Assembly (NCBI GenBank): GCA_040954595.2
Contig: CM082591.2
Coordinates: 8,174,047 to 8,238,046, forward strand
Reading direction: 5' to 3'
DNA: 64,000 nucleotides
Origin: Balanoglossus misakiensis
Lineage: Eukaryota; Animalia; Hemichordata
Position numbers and translations under genes: made by a program. The notes beneath the pieces were generated by a model. That model was not told the origin of the DNA and made no database searches. It was given only the letters and a program-made list of their open reading frames with translations. Shown in pieces: positions 1 to 11,646 of the stretch (positions are counted from its first letter, which is position 1; every line of letters begins with the position of its first letter).

Positions 1-234
1 TTACATGACCTGGTGTACCTGCCATCCATACTCAGTGCTTTCAGAATTGATTGGCTTTATTTTCTATAATGATCTGGTGCCCTGTTAGGTCTGTGAGGTT
101 TTTCCCTGGCACGCTATCTGGAATTGAAAAAATGTGAACTGGGAAGTCGGTCACTGATAAGTGACATGACACAACCGTGGGGTTGCCACAGACAGAATGT
201 TGCCTGCCTATGATATGACAGGATGTAGTATTAA

Positions 235-583
235 AGGGACATTAGGTTTAACTTTTCGCTTTTCCAGTATTTTTGTTCTGTGTATCAAATGATATTTCTT
301 GCTCTACCTCAAACAGCATGCTAATATACCCAGTACTCCACTTGTCAACATATCCTGTATGTGTGTAACGGCCATTGTTACTGTTGACAGATGAATTCTA
401 GACTGGACTTGAATTCAAATTTTGCACAATAGCAATGCTGACGGGTATACACATATATGTAGTGCTGATAAGCTAAATAATTGGCATTTCGTCATGTTTG
501 AGGAATTTGAAAAAGAAACTGCAGTAGATACACACAAAACAAAAATACTGAAAACAGAGACAAAAGTTATAGCCAATGGAGCT
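235..583. mobile_element. TTAA-flanked non-autonomous DNA transposon, AG...CT ends (Kolobok-like), family E
   Basis: TTAA at 231-234 and 584-587; imperfect TIRs agggacatta.../...aatggagct. Other copies: 11944-12293, 26789-27130; partial 33936-34149, 55603-55840, 17950-18004. Confidence 0.75.
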
Positions 584-2139
584 TTAAAAATTATGTGCAG
601 CCACCAAAGTCGGAAACGTCCAAGGGTTGTCCTGGTGCATGTATGTTCTGCTGTTGAGAATTCATCACTTACAAGACAAATGTTATCTGTTCAGATCAGG
701 TTATAGTTCCATCTCATTGAGCAAACATACACAAACATGTTTATAATACTTGCTGAGAGCTCTTTACTTCGCGAGCCTCATCAAACTCCAAAACTGACAA
801 TTCAATAGCACAGCTTGTAAGATGGCCGCATCTACTGGTTGTCAGTGGTGACTACCATTTTGCAATTTTTAGTAGTCAGTAACGAGAATTGGTAGTCAGT
901 TGCCATGTGACTACCTGGTATTGCTAACTTTGAGCCCTGCAATGCATGTATGCATGAAAAATCTCCATATACATGTATAAAATCCAAGATGGTCACTAGT
1001 TGATTGCCTGCCAGTCTCTCTTTTAATTCAGTACGGATACACAATGTGGCAACGCTAATTTCTTTTCTCTTTAAAATACCGTCTTCCCTCCTCCCCCCTT
1101 CAACCAAGTTAAATGGTGAAACGCAGTTAGTAAATAGAGTGATTTACTGTACTTGTGCAATTTTATTTTCTATTTGAAAGATCTATGACAATTCATTTCC
1201 AGTGGGAATGGGACAAAACTGTGAGCTAAACAGCCATCATGGTTACAAAGAACACCCAACAATATTTCACAAGGATTACCTGATTCTCTCGGGACCAGAA
1301 GATAGCTGCTCTAGGCTATGACATACAGTACATCAATAGAGTGTGAGACACATTAATTGTGCATGCTTTCTGAGAATGTAAATTTTCGAGTCGTTACCTA
1401 TTTTCCCGAAGCATTCACTTGGCAGAGGCCATTAAACGGAAAACTGAAACCACAGTAAAACATTGTGAAAGGGAACAAACCAAAATTGCAAATGAGGGGT
1501 GTTTATTTTTGACTCCTATTGTTCAGGCTTAGCATGTGTCTAATGGACATGCATGAGCTGTACTGGTGGCCACACATACTGGCCCCAGGGAACTGGGCAG
1601 AAAATTTCTTTTGTTTTTTTTTGGAAGTAAGAAAAATTCTGTGTGTCTTCACTACTTGTACGACCACTCCTTAAAAGAAACATATAGTACTTCTCATGAG
1701 TCGATCTCAGAGAATTTAAGTTAAAAAGAGATTAATAGTAATTTATTGTGTTTTGGGAAATTTTAAATTGCATAGTGGTGGAGGGCCTGTGGTCAGGGGG
1801 ACCTCCGCTTAAGAATGAGATAATGAGTTGGCATTGCTTTGTGAATGCATTCATCCACTAGAGTTAATTTCTTGCATTGGTTAGTTGAAAGGGTTTAGCT
1901 GGATTATAATGCGGTTGAAATTCGTTCCTTGACTGGAGTTTGGCAGTGATTTTAAAAGCTCCTAAAAACAAATCAAGGCCACTATGTGAATAGTCGCAGC
2001 GTTTACTTCTGATAAAACTTGGAAAATTTGGGGAAGAAATGTTTTTCACTTCTGTTTTGAAATTCGTACGTGTTTGGTTTGAAGCATAGTCTACGTCTGT
2101 GGTCGTCCCCTGAAAGTCCCCTGTACATGTAGGTAACTA

Positions 2140-2351
2140 CTGTCAATTGGAATTTTTTTGCAACAGGAAATTTTTGGCCATATCAACAGAGGTGACTATT
2201 TCGCGAAGATTAATTTTCACGTTCTCTTATCTAGAAAAAAAACACATTCTGTTATACACATTATCCTTTCACGACTATTTAGTTTCGCATTTTTTTGGCT
2301 CTCAGGAAGTTCGCAAAAATTTATTCTTTGCGAAAATTGCCCGTTTTACAG
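2140..2351. mobile_element. TA-flanked MITE with CTGT...ACAG ends, family K
   Basis: TA|ctgt...tttacag|TA. Related copies 29223-29429, 31870-32058, 35920-36094; partial near 33809. Confidence 0.7.
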
Positions 2352-3210
2352 TATATCCCACTTTTGTTCTTTGAGAAGTCGAATGTTTATGTCTTCAGTG
2401 GCCTGGTTGTCATGTCATTTCTTCGAAGTTTCTTGCCTTTGTGTCCATAGTTGACAAGACAAGGAATGTTGTTGCTGACAACATAAATAAGTGGTTAACA
2501 AATGCTGAAGTCAAGTAGAGAAAAACATGTCTAAACCAAACCCTGTGTAGTCTGGAAACTTGTCTCTACCAAATGCATTTTCTAGTCTTTTCACACACAG
2601 CCACATGGTAAAGGGACAAAGTCTCTCTCTCGCTACCCTTTTTACATGAATTATGTTTGATACAAGACACTGTTTATGTTATTCTACATGTGGATATATA
2701 GTGAGTCAACGTTCAACCACACACACCTTCTATCCCACTTGTAGACAAGAGAGTGAAAAACTCGCCAAAATGAATAATCGGTCTATACCATTTATTCCTT
2801 TGACGAAATTTTTACTCTTATATCCTACAAATCCTTCGTGCAATGTATGGCTAAATAAATAGGTGTGGCACCCGTTTATTATTCATTGGTATGAGCGTGC
2901 AGTTTTCTATTTAATACAATGTACACAGTATAAGGGAAAACAATGTGGTCACTCACTAAAATAATAGCAAAAATAAAGTTCAGCTGATTGAACTGAAGTC
3001 AAACCCGGGCCCTCGCTATAAACAAGGGAAAAATATTTTTTTATCTCAAGTGTTACTAGTCCCCAAGATTCAGTGGAATGTGATGTGGGAATCTTAATCA
3101 CATACATACATACATACAATTTAAGTAGGACTTGGCCATAGCTGAAATAATTGTTTTATTTGGTCTTTGCCCATACTTTTGCATTCTGCCATTGTCATTG
3201 TCTGACTTTA

Positions 3211-3548
3211 CAGGGCGGCGATCGTCCTATGCGCATGTGCCAAAGCAGAGACCCTGGTTACAAAAATTGTACATGTATACAGTCAGTGCTGTAAGGCAGT
3301 GTGCTGTCCTAACAACGGACAAGATGGCGGCGACCATAGTCTGTGTTGAAAATCGGGTAAAGACAGCAAATTGGGTGAAAAGAAGCCCGGCAAAACTAAA
3401 GTCTACTTATATGGTGTGCATGAAATATGGAAGGAAGTGACTGCGGTCCACTATTTGAATGAGACAAACACAAAATTTGCTGAACATTTGGATTGGACAT
3501 TATGTTTGTTCACATGACATTACGCACATGGGCATAAGACGATCGTAA
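3211..3548. mobile_element. Interspersed repeat / MITE family M (agggcgacgatcgtcttatgcgcatgtg... ends)
   Basis: Inverted ends cgatcgtcctatgcgcatgtg / cacatgggcataagacgatcg. Homologous segments at about 25660-25955, 32810-32975, 41240-41530, 61358-61480. Confidence 0.7.
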
Positions 3549-3866
3549 AATGCCAGTGCAAGTCACTGGGTCTTGTGTGTGTGCCCAAAACTGAACAGGA
3601 AGATCTCCATAAGGAATAGGCATACATGTAATTTGTCTATGTTAGAATTTTTGAAGGAGGCAAATTTAACATATTGGCTCTAAAAAGTTTAGAGTTGGTA
3701 GTTGTTGAGTATGGTTGGTTGAGTTATCAGAACCCCACTCTAAATTATTTTGGTCCTACAAATTTACATCATAAAATCGATGGGATATTAAAATGTCTCT
3801 CTGCACTGTGTCAGACAACTGTAGACTTGTTCACAAGTTCTTTTAGAGTAGTATTTAACGATCAGT

Positions 3867-3944
3867 TAGTCTAGAAACCAGACTGGTGTGTTTTTATTTT
3901 CGCCTTGCTCACTCCACACACACACGAGTCTGAATTCTGGACTA
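3867..3944. mobile_element. 78-bp TAG...CTA mini-element with degenerate 9-bp TSD (Academ-like)
   Basis: TIRs tagtctagaaaccagact / agtctgaattctggacta; flanks acgatcagt and accatcatt (7/9 identical). A longer palindromic relative lies at 28255-28612. Confidence 0.55.
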
Positions 3945-5753
3945 ACCATCATTCAGTAGAATTCTGGACAATGCTGTTAGTACTGGGGAAGATGTTTGTT
4001 GTGTAGGACATATACGGACAATGACTTTTCTTGTAGGGAGCCAAATTCTATTCATGTTGTCACATTGCAAGCTGACACTAGTGACAGCATTGGCAATTAG
4101 ACGAAATATATGATTTATGTCCAACTGGCGTAATTATAGGTTAAGCCATGTAGTGGACCTTGGAAGGTCATGAAACGAAGTATTTGTTTTGTGAGACAGG
4201 TCATCCGTGGATGTTGTCGGCTCTTTAGAGGAAAACGGCTCAAAAATGTGAAATGTTCCAAATGGTATGGTGTTTACAAAACTATTGAATTAGTTAAGCC
4301 AGGTTACTTAGGCATTTGAATGTTGAGGTCGTGTCAAGGTCGTTGACTTGATGGCCATATGTACATTAGTAGATAGAGCAAATATACTATTCAGTGAGTT
4401 GACAAAGTTTCAGAGAGTCGAGTGCTTCCATCCTGCTTTTGAAATATGTAGTTTGCGAAACATTTTCTAGATTTTAGGTCCCATTTGGTGAATGGATATT
4501 TTCCTTTGTGCAGTGCATAAAATTATGACTTTGTAATGAAAACTAGATCTTTTGTAATTTTGTATTTTTTCTAAGGCCAGCATTAAAGGGACAAAGTCTC
4601 TCTCTCTCTGCATGTGGATAAATAGTGAATCATGTTTTTTGGCTCTCGCGTATTTCACGACAATTAATTGCTCGCGAATATAACCCGTTTTATAGTATTT
4701 TCCTATGAATGGCTCAGTCAAAGATGGGACCATGAACCTGGTCATCTTGGTGACTCTATCAAAATATGGCCGCCATATTGGTACGCTGTACATCTGTTAA
4801 TCGGATATATCAGTCAGACATGTCAAGTGATTGTTCAAATACACACCACAGTTTTACACCTGTTCAAATTTTCAGAGCAGACCTATAAACCCCCTCCCTC
4901 CATACCCAGACCAAATTTCTTGCCCAACATATTGTATTTACAAGGGTTATTTTCAGCTGACCTGGTCGAAACTATTGTAGTTCATGCAGGTACATGTAGA
5001 AGAACTATTTGCCCTCAGACTTCTGTGGCCTACTATCTATTGTTTGCATTAACTGTTGGTTGAATAAACATGAAATAAAAAATGATAGGTACATCTGATA
5101 AACCAACACCTTTGTCTGTCTCCAGTCTTTGTTTATTCCCCAAAAGTTGAACCGCCCATAAAAATATTGCCTACATTTTCTGAAAAGTAATTTGAGGATA
5201 GCAAATTTTTGCTTACTTTCTGGAATAGATTTATAAATATGTTCTGAATTTACCATGGTAGTTCAAACAATCAAAAAGCAAGATGCCTGGAATGACTTTT
5301 GTCACCAATGAATCTGGTAGCTGTTGATAAGAGAGAGCTCAGAAAATCTTGCTCTTTGTTTTGTTGTTTTTGCCTGTAGATGGTGCTGCAATGAAAATGT
5401 AATTCCCCCAAAGTTTTTTACAGCTCATGGGGCTTTAATATTTGCAACTTACTCATGGTAAATTAAGAAACAAACCTGTTCTTGCAAGTACTGTTTACTG
5501 TCAAAAATGTTGACAATGGACTTGAGTGAAAATTCCAATTTCTCTGCATGTGATGCTTTGGAGCTTCAAACTAACATGTTGCAGTGTCTATGCTCTTGCT
5601 GTCGTTCGTAATGCTCATAAACTACAAACAGAAATGGAAATTTACGAAAATAAATAAATGCCTGATTGTGAATTTATGAACAACTTTTTATATTGAAGCT
5701 TGATTTACGGTAGAAAATCTCTCTAATGTCGGCCGATGATCAAATGATCGGGA

Positions 5754-8529
5754 ATTATTAGGGGACCAAGCGCCCTCAGGCGCTTGGTCCCCTTCTGTTA
5801 TTGCTGGAGTTTTTCTTCTTTCTTCTTGAGTCGTTTTTTTGCTCCCGTTTTTCTCTGAAATTCCGGCACCTGCGCCTATGAAGTTTGGCACGATGATTGG
5901 GGCCCATGAGTACTAGTGCACCTGCCCTTTGAATTTGTAATTAGTCACGTGACTTGGTGGCTATAATCGAGCGAAATTTTCAAATTGACCTAATTTGCAC
6001 GTTAATGGGGGAATGTACATTCTTTTCGCGATTTTTGTAGACCATGTGGCCAAAATCCCCTGTGCCAAATTTCAAGGTCCTAGGCCACGTCGATTTTGAG
6101 AAGAAGATTTTTGTAATATTTTTCGCATTTTTGGTGGGCTGAGGACGGACACTGGGGCATCGGACTTTGACCGTCATTACGTAATGTTGTGGAGATCTCA
6201 TTAGCACGCTACTCACTTCTGGCGGGTTGCAGTAGTCCTTGGAAAATCGGCTGAAATACGTAAACAGACCAGTGATTATTTTCCACGGAATGAATTTTGG
6301 GATAACACATTATCGGAGTTCAGGCTGTGTTAGGGCGTTTTATTGAATTACGCTGAGTTTGTTAGCTGTTGCCGTTCAAATGTTTCTATCTAGACCCGGC
6401 TACACTTGTTAACATTCAATGTAATGCGGCAGCGGACTTTGAACCTCAGTCGCTAATGTGGCCGAAATACGTCAGCAGACCAATGATTTTCTTGCACGAA
6501 GGGAGTATGGTACCAGCAATAATCAGAGATCAGGCTTCTTTGCCGTTCAACACTTCCTACTTCAGTCGTGACGTTGCAACTGAACGTTCAGTATGGGGTT
6601 CGGCCCACAGGTGGCCATGGGGGTTATCAGGTCGCCCGTAATGGCACGCAGCTTCATGCAGCTGTATGGGACCAAAATAATACGCCCGATTCGGGGGTCA
6701 CCTGTGACACCTGCGTAACTCAATTATGAGCATGCGTAATTGTGGGGTCAATGAAAGGGATGCTAGTGTGGTATTTGTTGCAAATGGATCAATATGAAGT
6801 CCGATTTTCCTGTGAAGTTAGGCTGCATTCACAAAATCCTCAGGAGGGGGGGGGGGGCAGGAGAATTGAGGGGGGGATTTGAAAAAATTGAGGGTATGTA
6901 AGGGGGGGATTTGAACTAATTTAGGGACTGAAAGGGGGGGGGACTTGAAAACTTTGACGACTAAATATTTATTTTGAGTCCACAAAAATGCAGTTTCGCG
7001 CCCTTTATTTTACAAAATTTTCTAATGGGGAGGGGGACACCCCCTCCCACACCCACCCCCTCCATTCATCAACACCTTTCAATCATTGATTGGTTTATCT
7101 AGTGTCCCAGGTTTGGGGACTTGCCCCAACCCCATGATAACTCTGAGCGTCGACGGTTAAATTTGTCCTCCCCAACATACCGGTAGTTGAGTTAATTTGC
7201 CTTTGCCGGGTTCATTAAAATGCAGCTTTGAGCTCTGTATTTTATAAAATTTTCTTACGTGCACACGCTCCCAAACCCACCCCCTTCAATTCTCGGTTTA
7301 CAATGTCTCCCAACACAGGATACAAATACTTAAAAAATGGGAGCGCTGTTTTTCTTTTTTTACAAGATAGATACTAGGTGATCTGTTTTGCTCTGTGAAA
7401 GAAAATGGGGAGGGGGGGATTTCAAAATTTTGGCAGTTCGGAAGGGGGGATTTGAAATTTTTCGGGTTGTGTACGGTGGGCATGTGAAAATTAGCGGTAA
7501 AAAAAATTGAATTCTCCCCCCCCCCCCCTCAAGAGGTGTTTGTGAATGCAGCCTTATGGGCGATCTTATGTGACATTTCACCTACTTTTGCTTAGTGAGC
7601 ATCCACAGCAGATGCATGCGGCTTTGGCGTGGGGGGGGGGGGGCATATACGGATGGGACCATAAAGATATACCAAAGGCGGGGTCACCTGTTGCACCTGC
7701 CTAAGTCATTGATTTTGTACATTTAATTGGACACTAACCAACAGGGCAATAGGTGTGGTTTTTGTTCCACAGGGACGAATGTAAGTGTCAGTTTGTTTTT
7801 GCCCAAATGTATAAGTTGATTTGGATGACCTCTGTCGTACAGTGCCATATCTCAGCCCATTGTACAAGTGCAGCTTTGGTATTCGGAGCGAAACTATCAT
7901 GAAATGCCAAATACAGGGGGATACCTGCGACACCTGCTTGATTCATGTATTACGTGCATACCTAATGGTAGGCAAAGTGAAAGGGCTGCAAATGTAGGAT
8001 TTGTTGCACATGACATAAACAGGAATGAACATTTTTTGTCAAATTTTTTGGTGACATCAGTTGTCCATTGACCTGCTTTCCATATGTTAGCATGCACATC
8101 ATGTATAGCCAGGTGTTTGGAGGGGTAGGGTAGGACCCTCTGCGTCATGAAATGCTAAATTTTAGGGGCTACCTGTAACTTACTAGCGTAACTCATTATT
8201 ATGGCCATATCTAATTTGACAAACCCAAACAGCGAGGATTTTCCGTTGTCTTGAATATGAACCAAATAAGAATCCTAATTTTTGGCCCAATTTTTGGATA
8301 CCCTCAGCTGACCTTTGAAGTAACTGAAGTACTTACAACGTAGAAGTTCACCTTTGGTTGTTGTGTTTGTATTTGTAAGACATCCATTTCGGGTGGTTGC
8401 CTACTTCCCCATATCTCCACATCCAGAGCAAATACAGCCTACGCATTTGAATGGTACAACCCTGAATGGAGTCTAATGGTTATTAACTCTATGCTTGGGC
8501 CCCTTCAACGCTGCTTGCAGCTTTAATTT
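5754..8529 (+). mobile_element. Helentron/HINE-like non-autonomous rolling-circle element (contains a nested Harbinger MITE)
   Basis: 5' hairpin ggggaccaagcgcc-ctca-ggcgcttggtcccc (5761-5792) then a (TTC)n tract; 3' subterminal inverted repeat gcttgggcccc (8493-8503), small hairpin gctgcttgcagc (8510-8521) and a T-rich end; no TSD. Confidence 0.65.
6821..7553. mobile_element. PIF/Harbinger-type MITE, family A
   Basis: TIR ggctgcattcacaaa...tttgtgaatgcagcc, 3-bp TSD TTA/TTA, subterminal G/C runs. Second copy 43956-44750 with TSD TAA. Confidence 0.85.
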
Positions 8530-9344
8530 ACGATTAATTTTGCTTTTTTGAGGTCTAATTTTCAGTTGATATCGAATATCAGTTTGTTGGTCAACGCGAT
8601 TGCGTTGAGTGTTCCATCTAGAATGGCATCAACAAAATATTTTGCCTGAATATTGTTGTGGTTTCCAGAATATTCTTTTGGTTTCACTCTTGTGTCTCCA
8701 TTGACAGTCGGTGCCAACATGTCCACAGAGGGTTTTGAAAATAAGGTAGTTGTCAGTAAGTAGAGGTACTTGTCATCTTTACATTGTGCACAATAATGTA
8801 AAACCAGAATTCAAAAGTTATGTGTACAGTACACAAAACTCTCAACTTGTGACATAGCAAATCAAAACAACAAAGTTCAACTCAGGTTAAGATAGAAAAA
8901 GCAGGTCAGTGATCAGTCAGTGGCCTGTTTGTGTACAAATTTCTCTTTATGAGTTCCCTATATACAGGAAATGCTTTGTCATCTTGGTCCTTCAAAAATG
9001 CAGTTATCTTTTACGATCTTGTGCCAGTATTTCATGACACAGGATGCATGAAGCATATAGTATTGTTTGAATTGACGCAATTGTTTGATTTTAAAATCCA
9101 AAGAGTGATGACCATATTGATTTTTTTTGCTCGTAACAGATGATTACACATGCCATGGTAGTTATTGCATGTTACTTATAAAACTTTATGTGCTGCATGT
9201 ACATGTATGTGTAAAGTCTGCTAGTGATTGTTCTGCCAAAACAACATTAGCTGTGAAGCACTGCTGTGATTTTTAATGCAAACAGTGCAAACCAGTGCGA
9301 TTTGGGACATTTTACAGGGGGCTCAGACTGCCAAGTGTGTCTAA

Positions 9345-10432
9345 GGGACCGTTCAGTTTTTACGGCCGGGGGGGGGGCCGGCAAAATCCAGGGGGGGGTC
9401 ACTTAAATTTTGAAGTCCACAAGGGGGGGGGGTCATCTGGTTTTTTTAAAAGTTTAGGGGGGGGGTCACATACTTTTGCCACCGAACTTTTGCTTTTGAG
9501 TCCACAAAATTGCAGTTTCGCACCCTTTATTTTACAAAATTTTCTAATGTGGGAGGGGGACACCCCCTCCCACACCCACCCCTTCATTCTCCGCCACATT
9601 TAATTTTAGCTGGTTTGTCTAGTGTACCAGGGCAGAGTGCTTGCCACCCCAACCCCACCGATGATAATATTTAACAAAGAGAATACATAAAGGAGAATAA
9701 TTGTTTAAACTATTTTGCATAACTGATAGTTTCGCGCTGCATCTTCTATATACTAGAAGTTTTATAAATGATGTCATGACAAGATGACGCCAAATCTTCT
9801 AACTTTGAGTGGAGTGGCAAAAAGTAAAATTGGTCCTCCCAAACATTGAGATAATTTGCTTTTGAGTTCATTAAAATGCAACTTTGCGCTACATATTTTA
9901 CAAAATTTTCTTATGTGGGAGGGGGACACCCCCTCCCACACCCACCCCCTCCATTCTTCGCCACATTGCATTTATTCACTGGTTTGTCTAGTGTACCAGG
10001 GAAGACTTCTTGCCACCCCACCCCGATGCTTACTTTGAGTGGAGTGGCAAAATTAAAATTTGTCCTCCCTAACATTGAGTTAATTTGCTTTTGAGTTCAT
10101 TAAATTGCAACTTTGAGCACCGAATTTTACAACATTTTCTTATGTGGGATGGGGACACCCCCTCCCACGCCACTTTTCTTGTTTTACCGATTCTAGCAAC
10201 TATTGTATTGACTTGTCATTTTAATTTGTTCATACATTTCTTTATTGCAACGATATACTATTATATACTTCAATAATACTTTAAGAAATATATAATTGAG
10301 GTGTGAGGAGCCTCATTCCCTTTATTGCATACAGTGTACATAGGATCAGTGAAGGGGGGGTCGGCCTGATTTTGAGAACCGATGACACAAACTTGCCGGC
10401 CCCCCCCCCTGCCGTAAAAACTGAACGGTCCC
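9345..10432. mobile_element. PIF/Harbinger-type non-autonomous element, family B, inserted in a family C element
   Basis: TIR gggaccgttcagtttttacggc...gccgtaaaaactgaacggtccc, TSD TAA/TAA. The empty host site (gtgtgtcTAAgtacg) is visible near 55475-55490. Confidence 0.85.
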
Positions 10433-10952
10433 TAAGTACGTATGAGAGCCATGTCAAGACAGTCTGAGTCAAAATACGTTTCAGAAGAAAAAAATGGCAA
10501 ATAGGTATTTTAAGGGACTTGACACTCTAAACAGGTATGACACGTACCCAGTAGCATTAGGGTTAATCCAGTCAACTTTTATGATTCAATTACTTCTTTG
10601 TACCGTAATTGGTAATTTTATTCCACATCATAAGGCTATGATGAGATGGGACGGTTAATCAGGAAATAAAATAAAATCAGGGAAACTTTGACATGTTGTG
10701 GTTATTGAAAACTGCACAATTGACCAACAGAGAGTTGATCACAAGTCCCACTTTTAGCCCTGGGTCAGTTTTAGTTAATCACCTTGTGCAGTGTAAGATT
10801 CGGGGTCAGTCAGATAATGACGGAGAAGAATTGAACTTGCATTAATAATATGACATCAAAACAAATTCAATGATCATTGTCATTCAAGGTTAAGCAAATT
10901 GCTTGGTCTTAGGCAAATGAAAGTAATCTTCATCTGCTGTTAAATGGTGGTA

Positions 10953-11114
10953 CAGTCAAACCTGTGTTAGTGGCCACCTCGATGTAGTGGCCACTTTATT
11001 GCAGTCCCTGTGCAATTTATATGTGCAATAATTGACCTGTCTATGAAGACCACCTGTCTATAAAGTACAGTTTATGAAAGTCCCTTGATTGGCCACTATA
11101 GACAGGTTTGACTG
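10953..11114. mobile_element. Tc1/mariner-type MITE, TA TSD, CAGT...ACTG ends, family J
   Basis: TA|cagtcaaacctgt...acaggtttgactg|TA. Copies near 25088-25290, 28613-28775, 49215-49376. A related CAGTAAAAC subfamily lies at 45827-46004, 51843-52010, 59627-59805. Confidence 0.8.
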
Positions 11115-11185
11115 TACCAGGGCTTCTGAATGGGTTAGCACACCAGGTGCTAGCTTGCTATGTACACACGTGTAATTGGCAATAA

Positions 11186-11271
11186 CCCTTTCACCCCCAG
11201 TTCCCTCTTTAGTGGTTCAATCTTAACCATAGAAAACACAGATTTTGGACTGAACCATGGTGGTGAAAGGG
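11186..11271. mobile_element. 86-bp piggyBac-like micro-MITE (CCC...GGG ends, TTAA site), family I
   Basis: ccctttcacc...ggtgaaaggg|TTAA. Copies at about 16328-16412, 30176-30260, 37542-37627, 37779-37864, 50480-50565. Confidence 0.75.
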
Positions 11272-11605
11272 TTAAAGCTGCATAAGAAATATCGTGAATA
11301 AAATCCAGAAATGCAGAAATGTCATAACCTCCACAAATCTTCCATGGAATTTCTCAAATGATCTACATGTAGGAGAATCTCTGGTGATGTTAATAAGCTG
11401 TATTTCTCTTGAAAATACTCATATGAGTTACAAAAGTTCTATATTATCTCAAGAGTTGTGAAATGTCTGTATTTAGAAGCTGCACCTGATGGACAACATA
11501 TAAATGTCATTCATGTCCAAACGGCAAGGTGTGGTAACTTGCTTAGAATCCAACAGGCAGTTGCTGTGTTGTGCTGACGTGTTCTATGTTTGGCCTTTGG
11601 ATCGC

Positions 11606-11607
<2 letters not shown>

Positions 11608-11640
<33 letters not shown>
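11608..11640 (+). repeat. (GA)n microsatellite
   Basis: Uninterrupted GA run of about 16 units. Confidence 0.95.

Positions 11641-11646
<6 letters not shown>

Noticed and set aside
9295-10276. Repeated ORFs containing MWEGDTPSHTHP (also at 43.9-45.0 kb) as a repeat protein
   Set aside because: Translations of a non-coding module inside Harbinger-type elements; frames are broken by homopolymer runs and no transposase motif is present.
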